DNA from: Perna viridis
Lineage: Eukaryota
Direction of reading: 5' to 3'
DNA: 64,000 nucleotides
NCBI GenBank assembly: GCA_037379345.1
Contig: CM074514.1
Coordinates: forward strand, 31,000,001-31,064,000
The position numbers and the translations under genes were made by a program. How positions within the stretch are numbered: position 1 is the stretch's first letter; each line of letters opens with the position of its first letter. The notes under the pieces were generated by a model. It did not search any database. It had not been told where the DNA came from and was given only the letters and a program-made list of their open reading frames with translations. Positions 1 to 12,887 of the stretch are shown in pieces.

Positions 1-601
1 AGTTTGAATTTTAAAATGCATACACTTATAGTAATGGCACTACTCTTATACTGCTTGATTGTCTAGCTAGTATCTGTAGTACATTTTACGAACCTTTAAG
101 GCAACGACCATTTTATTGACGATGGGAGCATGGGATCTTTCGGAAAAAAAATGTTCGGAATCTGGAGAGAGAAAAAAAATTTACTCATATATTAGAAAAA
201 TAAAAATAATATTTCTATATTTCCCCCATTACTTAACAAGGCAGATTTTCAAATAAAATATTGAGTTTGGTTGCTGCTGAAATATAAATAAAAACTTTGC
301 GCTCGCGCAAAAAAACCCCCAAAAATTCTTATCTGACATAAAATCCCAGCCCCACTTCTCTCCTGAGGATAGTAAGTACAGATTTATCTAAGAGTAATGC
401 AAATAATGGAATCAGATTTGCTGTCAAGTTTATAAACAATCTTATAGTTCTTTTAAAATTATTGTTACATATATGATAAATTTACTACTAAAAGTTGTGT
501 TAAGGTTGGAAAAGTAATAAAATTAGTCGGAACGGTTAGTTGAACGTTATGTCGCCAATTATTTTTAACTACTTTGTACTACATAACCAATTACTTGTAT
601 T

Positions 602-840
602 GATGATCGGGGTTTTTAAACGACCTTGAATACCAATACAGGCCTATCAGGTCAATGTTAGTGGGTTAGTAGAACCAACTGGTGTTGGTGGCGGAGCCCT
701 GCCTTCGGGATATCTGATCGAGTATGTCCTACTAGCGGCTGGCCTGCTGTGTTGACGCTCTGGCCTACTCCCAGACCCCACGTGGGTCCGAGAGCGTTTC
801 CCCACTCTAACTGTTTGGGAGTACGTCAACGTGTAGAGTG
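602..840 (-). mobile_element. Short GC-rich SINE-like retroposon, probably 5'-truncated, with a 12-bp target-site duplication
   Basis: Flanked by ATTACTTGTATT (590-601) and ATTATTTGTATT (841-852). The minus-strand 3' end GGTCGTTTAAAAACCCCGATCATCA resembles the tail of the 13862-14364 element. It shares GGAGTAGG, CACAGCAGGC and GGGCTCCGCCAC with that element. Confidence 0.6.
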
Positions 841-909
841 ATTATTTGTATTTGGCACTTACCTCCTTAAGTACTTTGTGTTTATCGGTTCTTAAATCAC
901 CAGTTATAT

Positions 910-1880
910 CTCAAACTGTGCTCCTCTCATAGCCGATTTGTTTCTCTACTGTTATGAATCGCTGTTCGTGGCTAAAATCTTGAAAGATCCTTTAAACATG
1001 ATATGTTGCATGAATTTAATAACACTTTTAGTTATCTTGATGATATTTTGCGCGTCAAGAATCCTAACATCGAAATCTACTCAAAAGAACATATCATAAC
1101 TTGACTAAATCATTCTAATAATAATATACATTTAGTACTCATACACCTTTTCTTTATTTAGATATTACACTAAAAAGTAGCAGTCTTTATACTAAAGTTT
1201 ATGGCAGAATAAATTATTTTGTTTTTCCTATTGTTTATTTTCCATTCTTAGATGGTGATATTCCTGAAGCAAACTTCTATGGTATTTATATTTCAAAAGT
1301 GGTACGTTTTGCTCTTACATGCACGTGCGATTAAGTGATTTTAATGAGCGCAGTATATTCCACACAGAAAAGGTTTTGCACCAGGGTATCGATATCACAA
1401 ACTTATAAAAAAAAACATTTACTAGGTTATTTTAACATTACAAAACTTTGCACCCCTACATATAAACTGAGTCATTGTATTACATCGAATCTTGCCTAAT
1501 TAGTATTGGAACTGAAGTGACAGATTATTTCTAATGTTGGTAATGTTGATAGTATTGTCATTCTTTAATATGTTTTAGCTAGCTTTCAGCTGCAGTGAGC
1601 GTTCTTTAAGTAGATATCTCATTTTATCTATATGGTGTATGCTGAGGTGTTGGTTTGTTACAGTTCATTTTTGACCTTACGTTAAAGGGGCCGTAAAAGC
1701 CTCATAAAACTAGTTTAACCCCACCGCAATTTCCTGCGCACCTGTCCACAGTCTGGAGATGTTGTACTTGCACTTGTTGAAGACCTTCTAGTGATCTCAG
1801 AAAATATTTACTATTTTTTATTTAGGTTATACGGTGGTGTATTTGTTACGTTTCACGATACCCTTTCTTTTCTCTACTGT
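910..1880 (+). mobile_element. Degenerate Penelope-like element RT remnant (Naiad-like) plus 3' tail
   Basis: Broken translation CAPLIADLFLYCYES...FNNTFSYLDDI...FPIVYFPFLDGDIP...YGIYISK matches PLE RT motifs. Contains stops and frameshifts. Lies in an intron of the first SDR gene. Confidence 0.7.
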
Positions 1881-2154
1881 TCACACTATTAAATAAGATG
1901 GCCAAAAAGTTGAACGTATCGGCCTGTACCAAGTCACGACCATTGCGGTGGTTTCTTTTTGTTTATCTCTTGATATTGCCTTTTATCATAGGGACTTTCT
2001 TTTTCGACTTTTGCCTACGGTTTACCAGTTCGGTAATTTTGCTATTACCCTTAATATGCGTGGATAATTCGTACTTAATTCTTTTCGTCACTTCTCATTT
2101 AAATATTTCTGTGTTATCTATTAAATGTGTAATGTATCCTATATCATGTTTTAG

Positions 2155-3010
2155 GGCGGATTGGTATTTCTGGCTTCTCAGCATACTGTGCTACAAAATT
2201 TGGACTGATAGGATATTCTGAATGCCTCAGGAAAGAAATGGCGAAGTTCAATGTGAAAGTAGTGACGATTGAACCCTGGATGTACAAGTATGTTGATATA
2301 AAAACTATGACGCTGCATGAATTAATCGAAAAAAATCAATGCAGGTTTTTTATTTGGTGTTGGTTGTGCTTAAAAAGTTTCTCCAAAGTGAATTCATATT
2401 TTGCCACCTTGTTCATTCAAATTGTATTCCATATGGGGATGCTAGATCTATCACAATTTCTGTATCCTCTGTAGACATTTAAACACTATGTCGCTTGATT
2501 AGGCTTAAATCTATGAGATCTTCGAACAAAATGGTTAAAGCTGTAACCAACCAGTAAAAAAATCTGTAGAACTTGACTGTATTAGGCGTGTGATGAGTGT
2601 GCTAATAAGCAACTTTTTATTTAGCTTTGTAATTATGTATTTATTTCAGAACGGCGATCACTCAGCCAAGTCATACTTTAGAACAAAATAAAAAATCATG
2701 GAAAAACAGCCATCAAACTGTCAAGAATGCATATGGTGAGGACTACTTCAAAGCGTACCAGACTCTAATTCAAGATAATTATTCAGTTGATGCAAGTGAA
2801 GACATTAGTCCAGTACTTGATGCAATAGAAGATGCTGTATGCAGTTGTCACCCTAGGATTGCTTATATTCCAGAACTATTTCATTATATTCGTACGAGAC
2901 TTTTGTTGTCACTGCCATACAATATTCAGGAGCACATTATGACAGTCTTTCCGAAAATAACTAGATGCAGACCAAAATGTATTGAACTTAATCAAACTAA
3001 ATTAGATTAA
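2155..3010 (+). CDS. Short-chain dehydrogenase/reductase (SDR9C, RDH/HSD17B6/BDH1-like), copy 1; last two exons only
   Basis: Exons 2155-2287 (GRIGISGFSAYCATKFGLIGYSECLRKEM..., YxxxK motif) and 2650-3010 (ends TAA). Same lengths (133 and 361 nt) and phases as exons 4-5 of copy 2, with an open frame. AATAAA at 3085-3090. Upstream exons lie outside the window. Confidence 0.88.
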
Positions 3011-3209
3011 TGGTATGCGAAATAGTGATTAATTAACGGACATTTATAATCTTATATTATATTGTTTCCACGATATATTGTGATAATAAAACCAATCAAA
3101 ACAAATATATCCTATAGCAACACAATAATGGGACATAGAAATGTATTTTCTGTCTGTTCGTTCGTTACTTGTACAAGTATCATATGTTCGTAACCCTTGG
3201 ACCCGCTGT

Positions 3210-3290
3210 CGTTTTTACTACTGTCGCAAATAAAAAAAATGCAGTCGTATTATATTATGATGTCGTCGGCGTCGTCGTCGTCGTTACTTG
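3210..3290 (+). mobile_element. Helentron/HINE (DINE-1)-like head remnant with (GTC)n microsatellite
   Basis: A T-rich start, a short inverted repeat around GCAAATAAAAAAAATGC, then GTCGTCGGCGTCGTCGTCGTCG. This layout is typical of non-autonomous Helentron-associated elements. Confidence 0.4.
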
Positions 3291-3678
3291 TTTGTTTTGT
3301 TTCTGTGCGATGACTTTGTAGTGAACCAAATGCCATGAAATTTTACATATTGTCACTTGTTACAAGAAGGAGATTGCTTTTAAAGATGGGGTCACCGGTC
3401 CCTACCGCTCAGGAAAACAGGTACCAAAAGTTGTTAAATAGGTGTTAGTAAAAAATTGTGTCATCCAGGTTTGCCCACTTTTTTAATTGGTGGTTGAAAT
3501 AAACGGTTTAACAAATAAAGTGCAGATAAAATGATACCTGTATTTTATAATCAACTATTAAAGTAAGAGGAATATGCATTTTTTGCCAGAAGTCTTTTCA
3601 CCTCATCATCAAAGTTTAATATCCCCTAGCTAGAGATTACAAATACATAACTGGGTATAAGAATAGTACCAAAACAAG

Positions 3679-3965
3679 TACTATCTTTAAAAAAAAGATG
3701 GCCGACGCAGTAAAATTTTGTTTCTTTTTTATGTTTCTACATTTCTTTCAAGAAAATAATACATGGCACGCAATTTTAAATTTTCGATTGTTTTTTCGAA
3801 CGCAATTTCATAATTTCGATACAGTTTTTTTCGAACTCCACTAATTTAGCAGTATTTGGCCAATCTAGAAATATAATTGCGATCAGGTGATTTGCGTTTC
3901 CATAGAAGAGCGTCCTTAAGGTCAAAGGGTAAAAAGCGAAACTATACCGACTGCGTCGGAAAAAT
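3679..3965. repeat. Dispersed repeat, copy A (copy B at about 44598-44845)
   Basis: Collinear similarity, e.g. CCGACGCAGTAAAATTTTG...AAAGGGTAAAAAGCGAAACTATACCGACTGCGTCGG. Short inverted motif CCGACGCAG/CTGCGTCGG near the ends. Confidence 0.75.
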
Positions 3966-4142
3966 GCATTATGTGTAGGTAAGAGGATAGAAAAATACAA
4001 ATATAATTAATAAATAAAAAAAACATAAATGATAATAACACATATGCATTATATACGCACTATTATATTATACAGTACTTAGTCTAGGCAGTAAGAGATG
4101 AAAATAAAATCTATAGCACCATGTCTTGCTGACAACATTTAA

Positions 4143-4843
4143 GGAGGTAGACCTAGGGTAAGGGACATAACTCATGAAATCAGTGATAATAAGGCTAAAA
4201 ACCACTAATTCCACTTCCCATAGGCTTCTATGCTAATTTCACAATATTCAATGGCTTCTCTGGACTTTACCTTAACTTTAACCTGCAGAGGACTATATAT
4301 CAGCATGATTCTACATATGTCAGCTCGCAATCCTCAGAATGGCATGTGGGGTTAGCAGACTTGCAGTGCAGTACTGGTCACCGGAAGTGAAGGGTCTATA
4401 AATAGCATGGGAAATCCAAGTGTTTTCACAAGATAGGGGTATATTTAAAAATCATTATGGAGATTAGGCTTCACATCACAAGAAGCAAAATGCACCTATA
4501 AAATGTACAGAAATGTTTTTCCTTTCAGAAACTGTTTAAATTTCTTAAATAAGATGAGAACTTTTTTCACAGCACTATGAGGAACAGGGGTAATTTCTGC
4601 GTAGGACTATTTTTGCGTACGTTCCAAATGCTCATTGGTTGAATTGGTGGTCTGTAACCTGATAATTATGTTTGTATCATATTCAATTTCTCCAAAGACT
4701 TTCAAGCTTTCGTTTGAAGCAGAATAAAATGAATCCAAGTTAATTAGATGCATACAAAAGATTGATGTAAAATTCTGAATACAAACGTTCCAATGATTTT
4801 TAAGAGTTGTGTCCTTTACCCTAGCTTTACAAAATGTACCTCC
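4143..4843. mobile_element. TTAA-flanked non-autonomous DNA transposon (Kolobok-like MITE) containing a nested ~470-bp TIR element (4192-4660)
   Basis: TTAA|GGAGGTAGACCTAGGGTAAGGGACATAACTC ... GAGTTGTGTCCTTTACCCTAG...TACCTCC|TTAA. The nested insert has imperfect TIRs AGGCTAAAAACCACTAATTC / GAATTGGTGGTCTGTAACCT and is absent from the copies at 50400 and about 62555. Confidence 0.75.
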
Positions 4844-6933
4844 TTAATGCAAGCATTCGATGCAAACTAATTTAAAACGTTTCTCACCATTTGATTTTAT
4901 TTGGCTGCAGCGCGTATGACGTATATAACACAAGGCTCGAAATCAAAATCATCCAGATCCATAAAAGGTCTCCTCCCAGGAAGAATCAAATATAGCAACT
5001 CAAGCCAAAATAATTTAGTTCAATATATATATGTAGAGGGAAGTTTTCTATATATTAAGATAAAAAAAATGTCTTTGGCTCGTCACAGTCAAGAACGAAG
5101 TTCGGAGTTCAGAGATGGTAGATGGCCATTTTCATGTATCTGCAACAGTTATACTGGAGTTTAGGGAAGGAAGTCGCAGGAAATAAATTCTTGCTTGGTC
5201 TATACTCAAGGGGAGTTTTTGATACTAATTTTATATTATAAATTTGTACTTTCGTCATTCATTTTATATCATTTAATACTGATACTAGATAATTTTACAA
5301 TTTGCATATTGATGTCTTAAAAGTGGAGTTTTATTTTCATGGGTCACCGAACTTGATTTCGAGATAATGAAGCCTTAACAAAGCCCCCTATTCCAACATT
5401 TAAATAGATTACGAAGGAAATTTCGCTATTTCGCAAACTATTAAAACACTGGTTTATATAATATCTCATAAATGTGTATAAAGACTAATTAACTGATACT
5501 CCTTCACAAATTAAAACAGAAAACTAGGTTTCACCTAACTTTTCTTGTTGTAATATTAAAAAGTCTAAAATTCGAATTACATTTCCCGCATATTATCTCC
5601 CACTTTGAGAGAATTTTCCCGTTTATTTCCTCTCCGTGAAAGAGGCTTTCCGATAAATGTTGTTATTTTACCATAAACAAATTTATGTCAAATATTCTTT
5701 TATTAAAATGAATTTAACTTATTATTTTTATACTATTTCAAGCACTTATTGTTATTTGCGTATATGTATGTCTGTCTGATTTTGCAAGACGCCAAGAAAG
5801 CATTGATCTGACTAATATTCGCTATCTATGGAGGATGGCGAAATCAAAGATTTGATTTTAATAAGATTGACAGGAAATATTTAATTAGGTATGGTCTACC
5901 TTTAGTTAAGAGCATATATTTCCTTAAAACTACAATCAATGTAGAACCGAATGCATTAAAAATTAGACATTCGGGAATTTCTCACGCGACAACCTTCCTA
6001 CAATACATATTTCATGGAGCGACGGGGTGGCTTTCATTGACAAGTATGCTGTTTGACAAAAGTAGGTCGACATATTAAAGATATACGCTGAAGAACGTTC
6101 ATACGTGTGGATAAGACACTGACTTGGATGCTTAACGACAATCTGTTATAAGTTAAAAATAGACATATGATTTTAAAGGCTTTGCGGAGCACATACACGT
6201 GTTATACAAATAGAATATTAAAACAAAATTGTTCTAAGCCACATTTCTCACCCTGATTAGGTTCATAATTTAAACCAATTTATGACTTCCCAATGACCAC
6301 CCCCTTATCTTAGTCTTAGTCAAGCGAGGTGATTTATACTTGCGCTAAGCTTAAATCTGCTTTCTACAAAAAGTTTCTAGTTCGTGCAACAAACTTTAAA
6401 TTTAACGTAAATTTTGTCATTTCATTTCACAGAAGAGTGAGCCATTATTTTTGCTTATAATATTGTCATGTGGTGTTCATTATTCTGATATTACAATGAA
6501 ATAATCACAAATGTTCCGTATGCAGAGTGCAATAACGATAAGTCGGTTGCCTGTGGAAAGTGTTATTGCCTTCAACTTTAATAATGCCCTCGTCTGTTAT
6601 TCTAAGCATTATCATAAATTCAGGCCATATTACTATGATTTCCTAGACAGTCAATATATCATTATAATTCATTATTTCATATCAGTGAAAAATCAGTAAT
6701 TTCAATTGATTACTGAATAAAACCTTTGCACGTGGTATTAATTAACCTGTAGTATAAAGTTTTATCAGTCAATACCACATGGTGATAATGCCCGGCTACG
6801 AATTTAGAGTTACTTCCCTTATTAAAACGCATTCGTGATCATGCAAGCAGTTGTCAGTGTAAATATGCAGAAACACGATTGAATGGCGTTTTGAAAAAAA
6901 AAATCGAGGATATGGTTCCTTAATGAAATACAC

Positions 6934-7074
6934 ATAATAGTTGTTGATAAACTGGTCAATATCGTGATATTTAGATTGCCCGTAGGTCAGTGGTATTGAC
7001 TGCGACAAAGATAATGACCTCGCCTACAGCCCGGTCATTATCACGATATTGACCAGTTTATCAACAACTATTAT
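6934..7074. mobile_element. Palindromic end of a Crypton-like non-autonomous element
   Basis: Perfect 36-bp inverted repeat (6934-6969 / 7039-7074) with an inner hairpin GATAATGACC-TCGCCTACAGCCC-GGTCATTATC. The repeat is seen directly; the family call is inferred. Confidence 0.55.
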
Positions 7075-7641
7075 ATAATTGCCCTCTTCGTCAGCAACTA
7101 TAATTGTACAATTCGAATTGATCGTAATATTGGTGCTGAATAATGAACACTTATCACTGTTCGTTTATTTGTTGCAATAATAGACCCTCTTGTGCTTACT
7201 GTGGAATAGTCGATGATCCACGCATGCTTAATGTACACTTCCGAGAGGAAAATTCTTCTGTTCTACCCAAGTCTTACCTCGCGGAAGATGTTTTTTACGG
7301 AGGCGTGGATGCATGTACATGGTGTACAATTGGTGTATTTTACAGTGTTTAACTTTAATTATTTTCCGAATTGTGTAACATTATATAATTAATTTGATAC
7401 TATGAAAGTTAATCGGGATAAGTACATCTAGTTTCGGGATACATATCAATTTATTCCACTATCAAAGTCAATGTACAACCACCTGAAGATATGATCAAAA
7501 GTACATGCGATAGTCTTATTAGATATAGTACAAATTATATAATCCATCAGGTACATATTGTAAGTGGTAATCAACTTGTGTGTGTAATGGATAACTAGCG
7601 ACGCTGGGCCTTTCAATTAATACCCACCCCGACGCGAAACA

Positions 7642-10600
7642 ATGCATACGATCTGCATGTATGGTGCACTTGTTGCTATAGCTGCGTTCGTCGTGGCTTC
7701 ATTACAACTCATCGTGTATTGGAGAAGACGGAGTGTCCAAATAAAGACGACCAAAAGATCAGTGCTTGTGACAGGTATACACGTATATATAATGTTGTAA
7801 CTATATATTTTGCATCCACCGCCGTCTAGCTTTTTCCTCGTTAACGGTTTTAAAACTCTTCTCTAACACTGCTGAGTGAAATGTACGTAAGTTCCAGATT
7901 TTTAAAGCTGTATTGATCATGACCGGTCGGACATTCGATTAAGTTTGTTTAACCGTAACGGAAAGAAACTTTATTTTTTTTATAAATGTATTGATCCCCA
8001 TTGCTTAATTTAATAAATTAAAGCCATCATCTGGTTGAAGTTTTAATTACTCATTTTAAAAAGCAGATTTTGCCTGTTTGCTTCCCTATGCGCCGCTAAA
8101 ATACTAAATTCCACTGAATTTGCTGCTCGCTGCGAAATCCGTAACTTTCACCACTGGGCTAAGTTGTATCAAAGTTATATCAACTGCTATAAACAGTCGA
8201 AATGTTTTCTCGTGCTCTCAATTGAGCTATTCAGGCGCCCTTGTGCCATAGTTTCTAATTTAAGTTTTTTGGCCTTCAAATAAAACCAGTAAGTTCTTTG
8301 GACTTTCTATATGAGGACTAAAACGATGTTTCGAATGGCAGTGCAGATCTATCCCAATGTGTGTGAGTGTGTGTGTGTGTGTGTGTGACTACACAAACAG
8401 GATTTGGAAACACTTCTGTTAAACCTCGATGTTAACGTAGCACAGAATTGCCTTTAAATTGTCTTAATTCTAACTTGAACTGACTTGCAAGTTCTTATGA
8501 AATAATTACTACACAGGGTGTGATACGGGCTTTGGGCGTCAGATTGCTAAACAACTATGCAACAGAGGGTTTAGTGTCATCGCAGGCTGTTTGAACTCCG
8601 ACCGGGTCGGCACTAAAAAACTGTCTAATTATTCAAAGAATATGCACATACTACAGCTGGATGTTACGAAGGACAACGATTTGTCAGAGGCATTAAAATA
8701 TGCTGAAAATTGCTTAGGAGACAAAGGTAAGCATATGGAACTTGTAAAACTGAATTCCAAATATGACAGAAACTAGTCTCAACTTAGCACATTTAATTAT
8801 GAAATATAATATAAGATAATGAGTTGCAGCTGAAATCTGTGAAAACCAAACGTGTCCAAGTCGAACAGAATCTATTTCTATAGGCTGGGTTTATCCAATT
8901 ATTAATTACATTTTGCATACCACTTTACATGTAATTTTCATCTTTTCTGCATCCCAAGAAAAGAAAACATGATTTTTTTTTAAAGATGCACAAGTAATTT
9001 AGATTTGAAGATTGGCATCAAGTAACTCTTTTACACCTCGCCTCGTACTTAATCTAAAACCCGTCGAAATCACGCTGCACAAATTTTGAAAGGTTGGATT
9101 ATTTTCTTTGATGTGGAGCCTCCGACGATTCATGTTTGTTTTCTGGTGGCGAAAAACAAAAATTAATCGGATTGCTTTGGGTGTGAATTTATGAGATAGA
9201 AAAATATCGTCTGTGTACATCTGGAATCCTCCACAAAAGTGGGTGATATGAAAAAAACCATGTTCAATATAACGAACAGAATAGAATACAATTACAGAAA
9301 AAGACATAACTGATTCAGTAGATAAAAAAAACCCCTAAGTATGCACTTACAATATGAACTTTCACAAAATCCAGGAGTGACATCAGGTGCTGCAGAAGAG
9401 TGAGTATTTCGTAGTTGGCCAGTGGCACTCGTCACATTATCATTGCAAGTGGGTAAGATCAGGTACGATTCTGGCTACAATAATGTAGCTCCCGACATAC
9501 TCTGTGAAAGGTCCCATCAATAACAATGGATAAACTGATGTGAGATTCTCATAAACTGCTCATCTTTGATCAAATTGTACTTCTTTTCAGACCTTTGGGC
9601 TATTATCAACAATGCTGGGATAGTAGCAGGATCAGCAGAATGTGAATGGTGTCCTTTGGACCAGTACGAACGTGTTATGAACGTTAACTTGTTTGGGGCC
9701 ATCAGAGTGACCAAGACCTTTCTTCCGTTAATAAGGCAAAGTAAAGGTAGAATTATCAATGTTGCCAGCATAGCAGGTAAATAGAATAAAGCCCGTAATA
9801 AGAGTGAGCATGACGTCTGTTGAGCTTGCATTTGTCATGATTTGTTGTAATTTGATGTGAAGGGCTGCATACACATTAATTTTATTTACGTATATAACGT
9901 GAACCCGCCTTACTTAAAGACCCCCTAAAACCCTTACTTTGTTTCAGTTACATGTTTTACACGGCAGTAATTTTTTTCATAGAGACGTTCATTTTCATTG
10001 AATATCTATCATAACGACGCAAGGTCTGTCAGAGGTATAATTAGTTCAATATCCTTTAAAAAAAAAGTACATAGTTTGCAATCACGTCGAATTAGGGTGA
10101 CCGTTATGGCTGAATCGTGATAGACACCTTATTGTATCATTTGAAATAAAATTTTAGGGCGATTTGGTGTCCCTGGCTTTTCGGCATACTCAGCATCAAA
10201 ATTTGGACTGATAGGATATTCTGAATGCCTCAGGAAAGAAATGACTAAATTCAACGTGAAAGTAGTAACTATTGAGCCTTCGATGTATAAGTAAGTACAC
10301 TTAGGTACATGCATATAATATATTTATGTATTTTCCCCACGGCCTTAAAACGGCGCCTGTATACATATATAGTTTAGGTATGTTCATTTGTGCATGAATT
10401 TGTCCACAGGGGATGGTTTAATCGGTGATTTTTTTTTTATCATGTATTATATTTAGACTCTAATGCTTAAAATGTCTGTTTGATTACATAGAAAACGCTG
10501 GAAATAACTTGAGAGGCTGTTCCTATTTCGTAATTTCGGGATCTGCACCTGCCAATTTAAAATAAGAATAGGCAAATGTCCATATTACTCTCGTCGTTTT

Positions 10601-11048
10601 GTACTTATCACATATTTTTAATTAGAATATTCAAGTTTTTGTAATGTTTTTATAAGGTTCGTCGAGTATACATTTTCTTTTATATAGGACGAACATCGTA
10701 GAAACAAGTCGTATTTTGGATCAAAATCAAAAGTCATGGGAAAACAGCCCCGACAGTATTAAAAAAGAGTATGGCGAAGAATATTTTAGAGCTTACCAGA
10801 CTCATGTTGGAGAGAGTTTTTTAGATGAAGCCAGTGGCGACATAAGCCCTGTAGTAACTGCAATGGAAGATGCCGTATGCAGCAAATATCCAAGGATTAC
10901 TTATATTCCAGAGACTTTTCATTACTTGCGTACAGGACTTTTGTTAACAATGCCACACAATTTTCAGGAATATATATTGTCCATCTTCTTGAAAACGGTT
11001 TCATGTAAACCAAAGTGTATTGAACTAATCAAACATAAACGTGATTAG
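7642..11048 (+). CDS. Short-chain dehydrogenase/reductase (SDR9C, RDH/HSD17B6/BDH1-like), copy 2; complete, 5 exons, 340 aa
   Basis: Exons 7642-7774, 8517-8726, 9591-9776, 10158-10290 and 10688-11048 (1023 nt, all GT-AG, phases consistent). N-terminal hydrophobic anchor, TGCDTGFG, LDVT, NNAGI, GRIINVAS and YSASK motifs. Confidence 0.93.
8358..8387. repeat. (GT)n microsatellite
   Basis: TGTGTGTGAGTGTGTGTGTGTGTGTGTGTG. Confidence 0.9.
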
Positions 11049-11741
11049 TTGTAAACGTTCATATTTATGTTTTGTCAATAGTACAATGATGTATATATAT
11101 ACATATTATTATTTATTGCTAATTTATTTATTGATCGATGGATTTATTATAGTATTACATTTTCATGCACCGTTGGTTAATAGAATAGACATTGCTCTGT
11201 ACGAATCCAACATGCAGGTACGCAAGTTATCTCCCCCAGACTCATTATTCTGATAATATACACGAAGTGCGTGTGTAACGGAGATTTTTAAAACTCAGTC
11301 ATTTGTATGACTCGAACTACCGACGATTTCCAGTACTCGAGACTAAAATACTACCATGAGACCAGCGGGGCTTTGTTTATTGAGTTCTCTTTGTTTGTCC
11401 TTGTTTGTCCTTGTTTGTCTATATGTTCTCGAATGTTTTCATTGGCACTTCGATATTTTTCTTTTGTATCAAATTGACATTGTGATTTTTTTTTCGTTTC
11501 AAAAGTACCATTTCTCATTTCAGTGAATTTCGTTTCTTTTTTCTATCGTTTTGTAGTTTAGCATTGCTCCTCTTTCAAAGAATATTTTTATATCCAGCCT
11601 TTCGAGTACAAAAAAAAAATATCTCTATGAGTATCGTATAGGATATACGTTGTCATGTTTGGCACATCGTACTTATATTTACTTCCCTTTTAAAAATATT
11701 TTTGGTAAGTTTTTGAAAGGGGCGTTACCCCTCCAACACGC

Positions 11742-11809
11742 GCAATCGGAACATCACTCGGCCTTTTCCGGGGAAAAAACTGGAAGAGGTTGAGTGGTGT
11801 TCCGATTGC
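11742..11809 (+). other. 68-nt hairpin: 30-bp stem, 8-nt loop; candidate structured RNA
   Basis: Arms 11742-11771 and 11780-11809 pair completely on the + strand (25 Watson-Crick, 5 G.U). Function unknown. Confidence 0.5.
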
Positions 11810-12887
11810 ATCACGCAACAACCTGGTTAGTGGTCTCATTGTCGATTGAAATGTAGAACAGGAAGCATTTTTCGTTGAAACCATAGATACATTTTGTACT
11901 TACATGGGGTCGGGATTTTTTTTTCTATACAAAAATAAAAAAATACGAAATTATGTGTTATAACGTCCTGTATATACCAGTCGACCCCCATATACCAGAA
12001 AAACTTCATATGGATAGTACAAGTGCAATATTTGCTTATAATACATGTTTTGTTTTGTATTAGTTTTGTTTAAAAAAAAAATCCCAACTCCAAGCATCAT
12101 GGTTGAATTTAAAACTATTTCTTTTTCGGTTAGTAGCTAAATGGTTTGAAATAAGACATTTAAAAGTATCCACAGCTCGATTAAGTCAAATACATGTATT
12201 TGAATTTGAAGTATATACTGTTGTCCATTGCCCCAATCAGACAGTAAACCAGTCTGTTGGGTTGCAGTGTTACTTCCCTCTGTTCAAAATTAAGGAAAAG
12301 ACGAAGTCAAAGTCGGGAATATCATAAAGTTCTATTGCAAAATCTGAAAAAAAATAATTTCAAAATATCTCCGCAAAATTATAAGGATATACATGTAATT
12401 ATATAAATGCGGTGTGCCATAATTATGCACATATTTAGATTCTCTCCGAATGCATGGAGCATGGTGTCACTTGTGTAGGTATGGAAAGCTCGTGTGTGAC
12501 AAAATGTTAATTATCAATTCATATTTAAATATTAAAATCGAGATTATGCATGCTACAAGCCATGTAGTTTTGTTGAATATGGGGCTTAAATGCACAAAAA
12601 TACAATATTGCAACGAAAATTTTCATGCAGTGTATTTTTTTGGTGTATCTCGGCTCAGTTTGATCTACTGATTTAGTTCTTTTTACCTCTTTTTCTTAAT
12701 GTCATTGGTTTCTTTTCTGTTGCCATGTAGAAAAAAAGCAGAACATTTGAAAGTCGTGGTTTGCTTCCACTATCGAATCGCAGCTTGACCTATAGATACA
12801 CATATTTAACAGCTTTCGTCTTTGATTATGTACCAGAACCATTAACTATTGAGTATCTCAGTCATACGAGTCATTATTAGCGTCTTG

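Noticed and set aside
647-829. 60-aa minus-strand ORF
   Set aside because: TTG start inside the TSD-flanked GC-rich element; a chance ORF.
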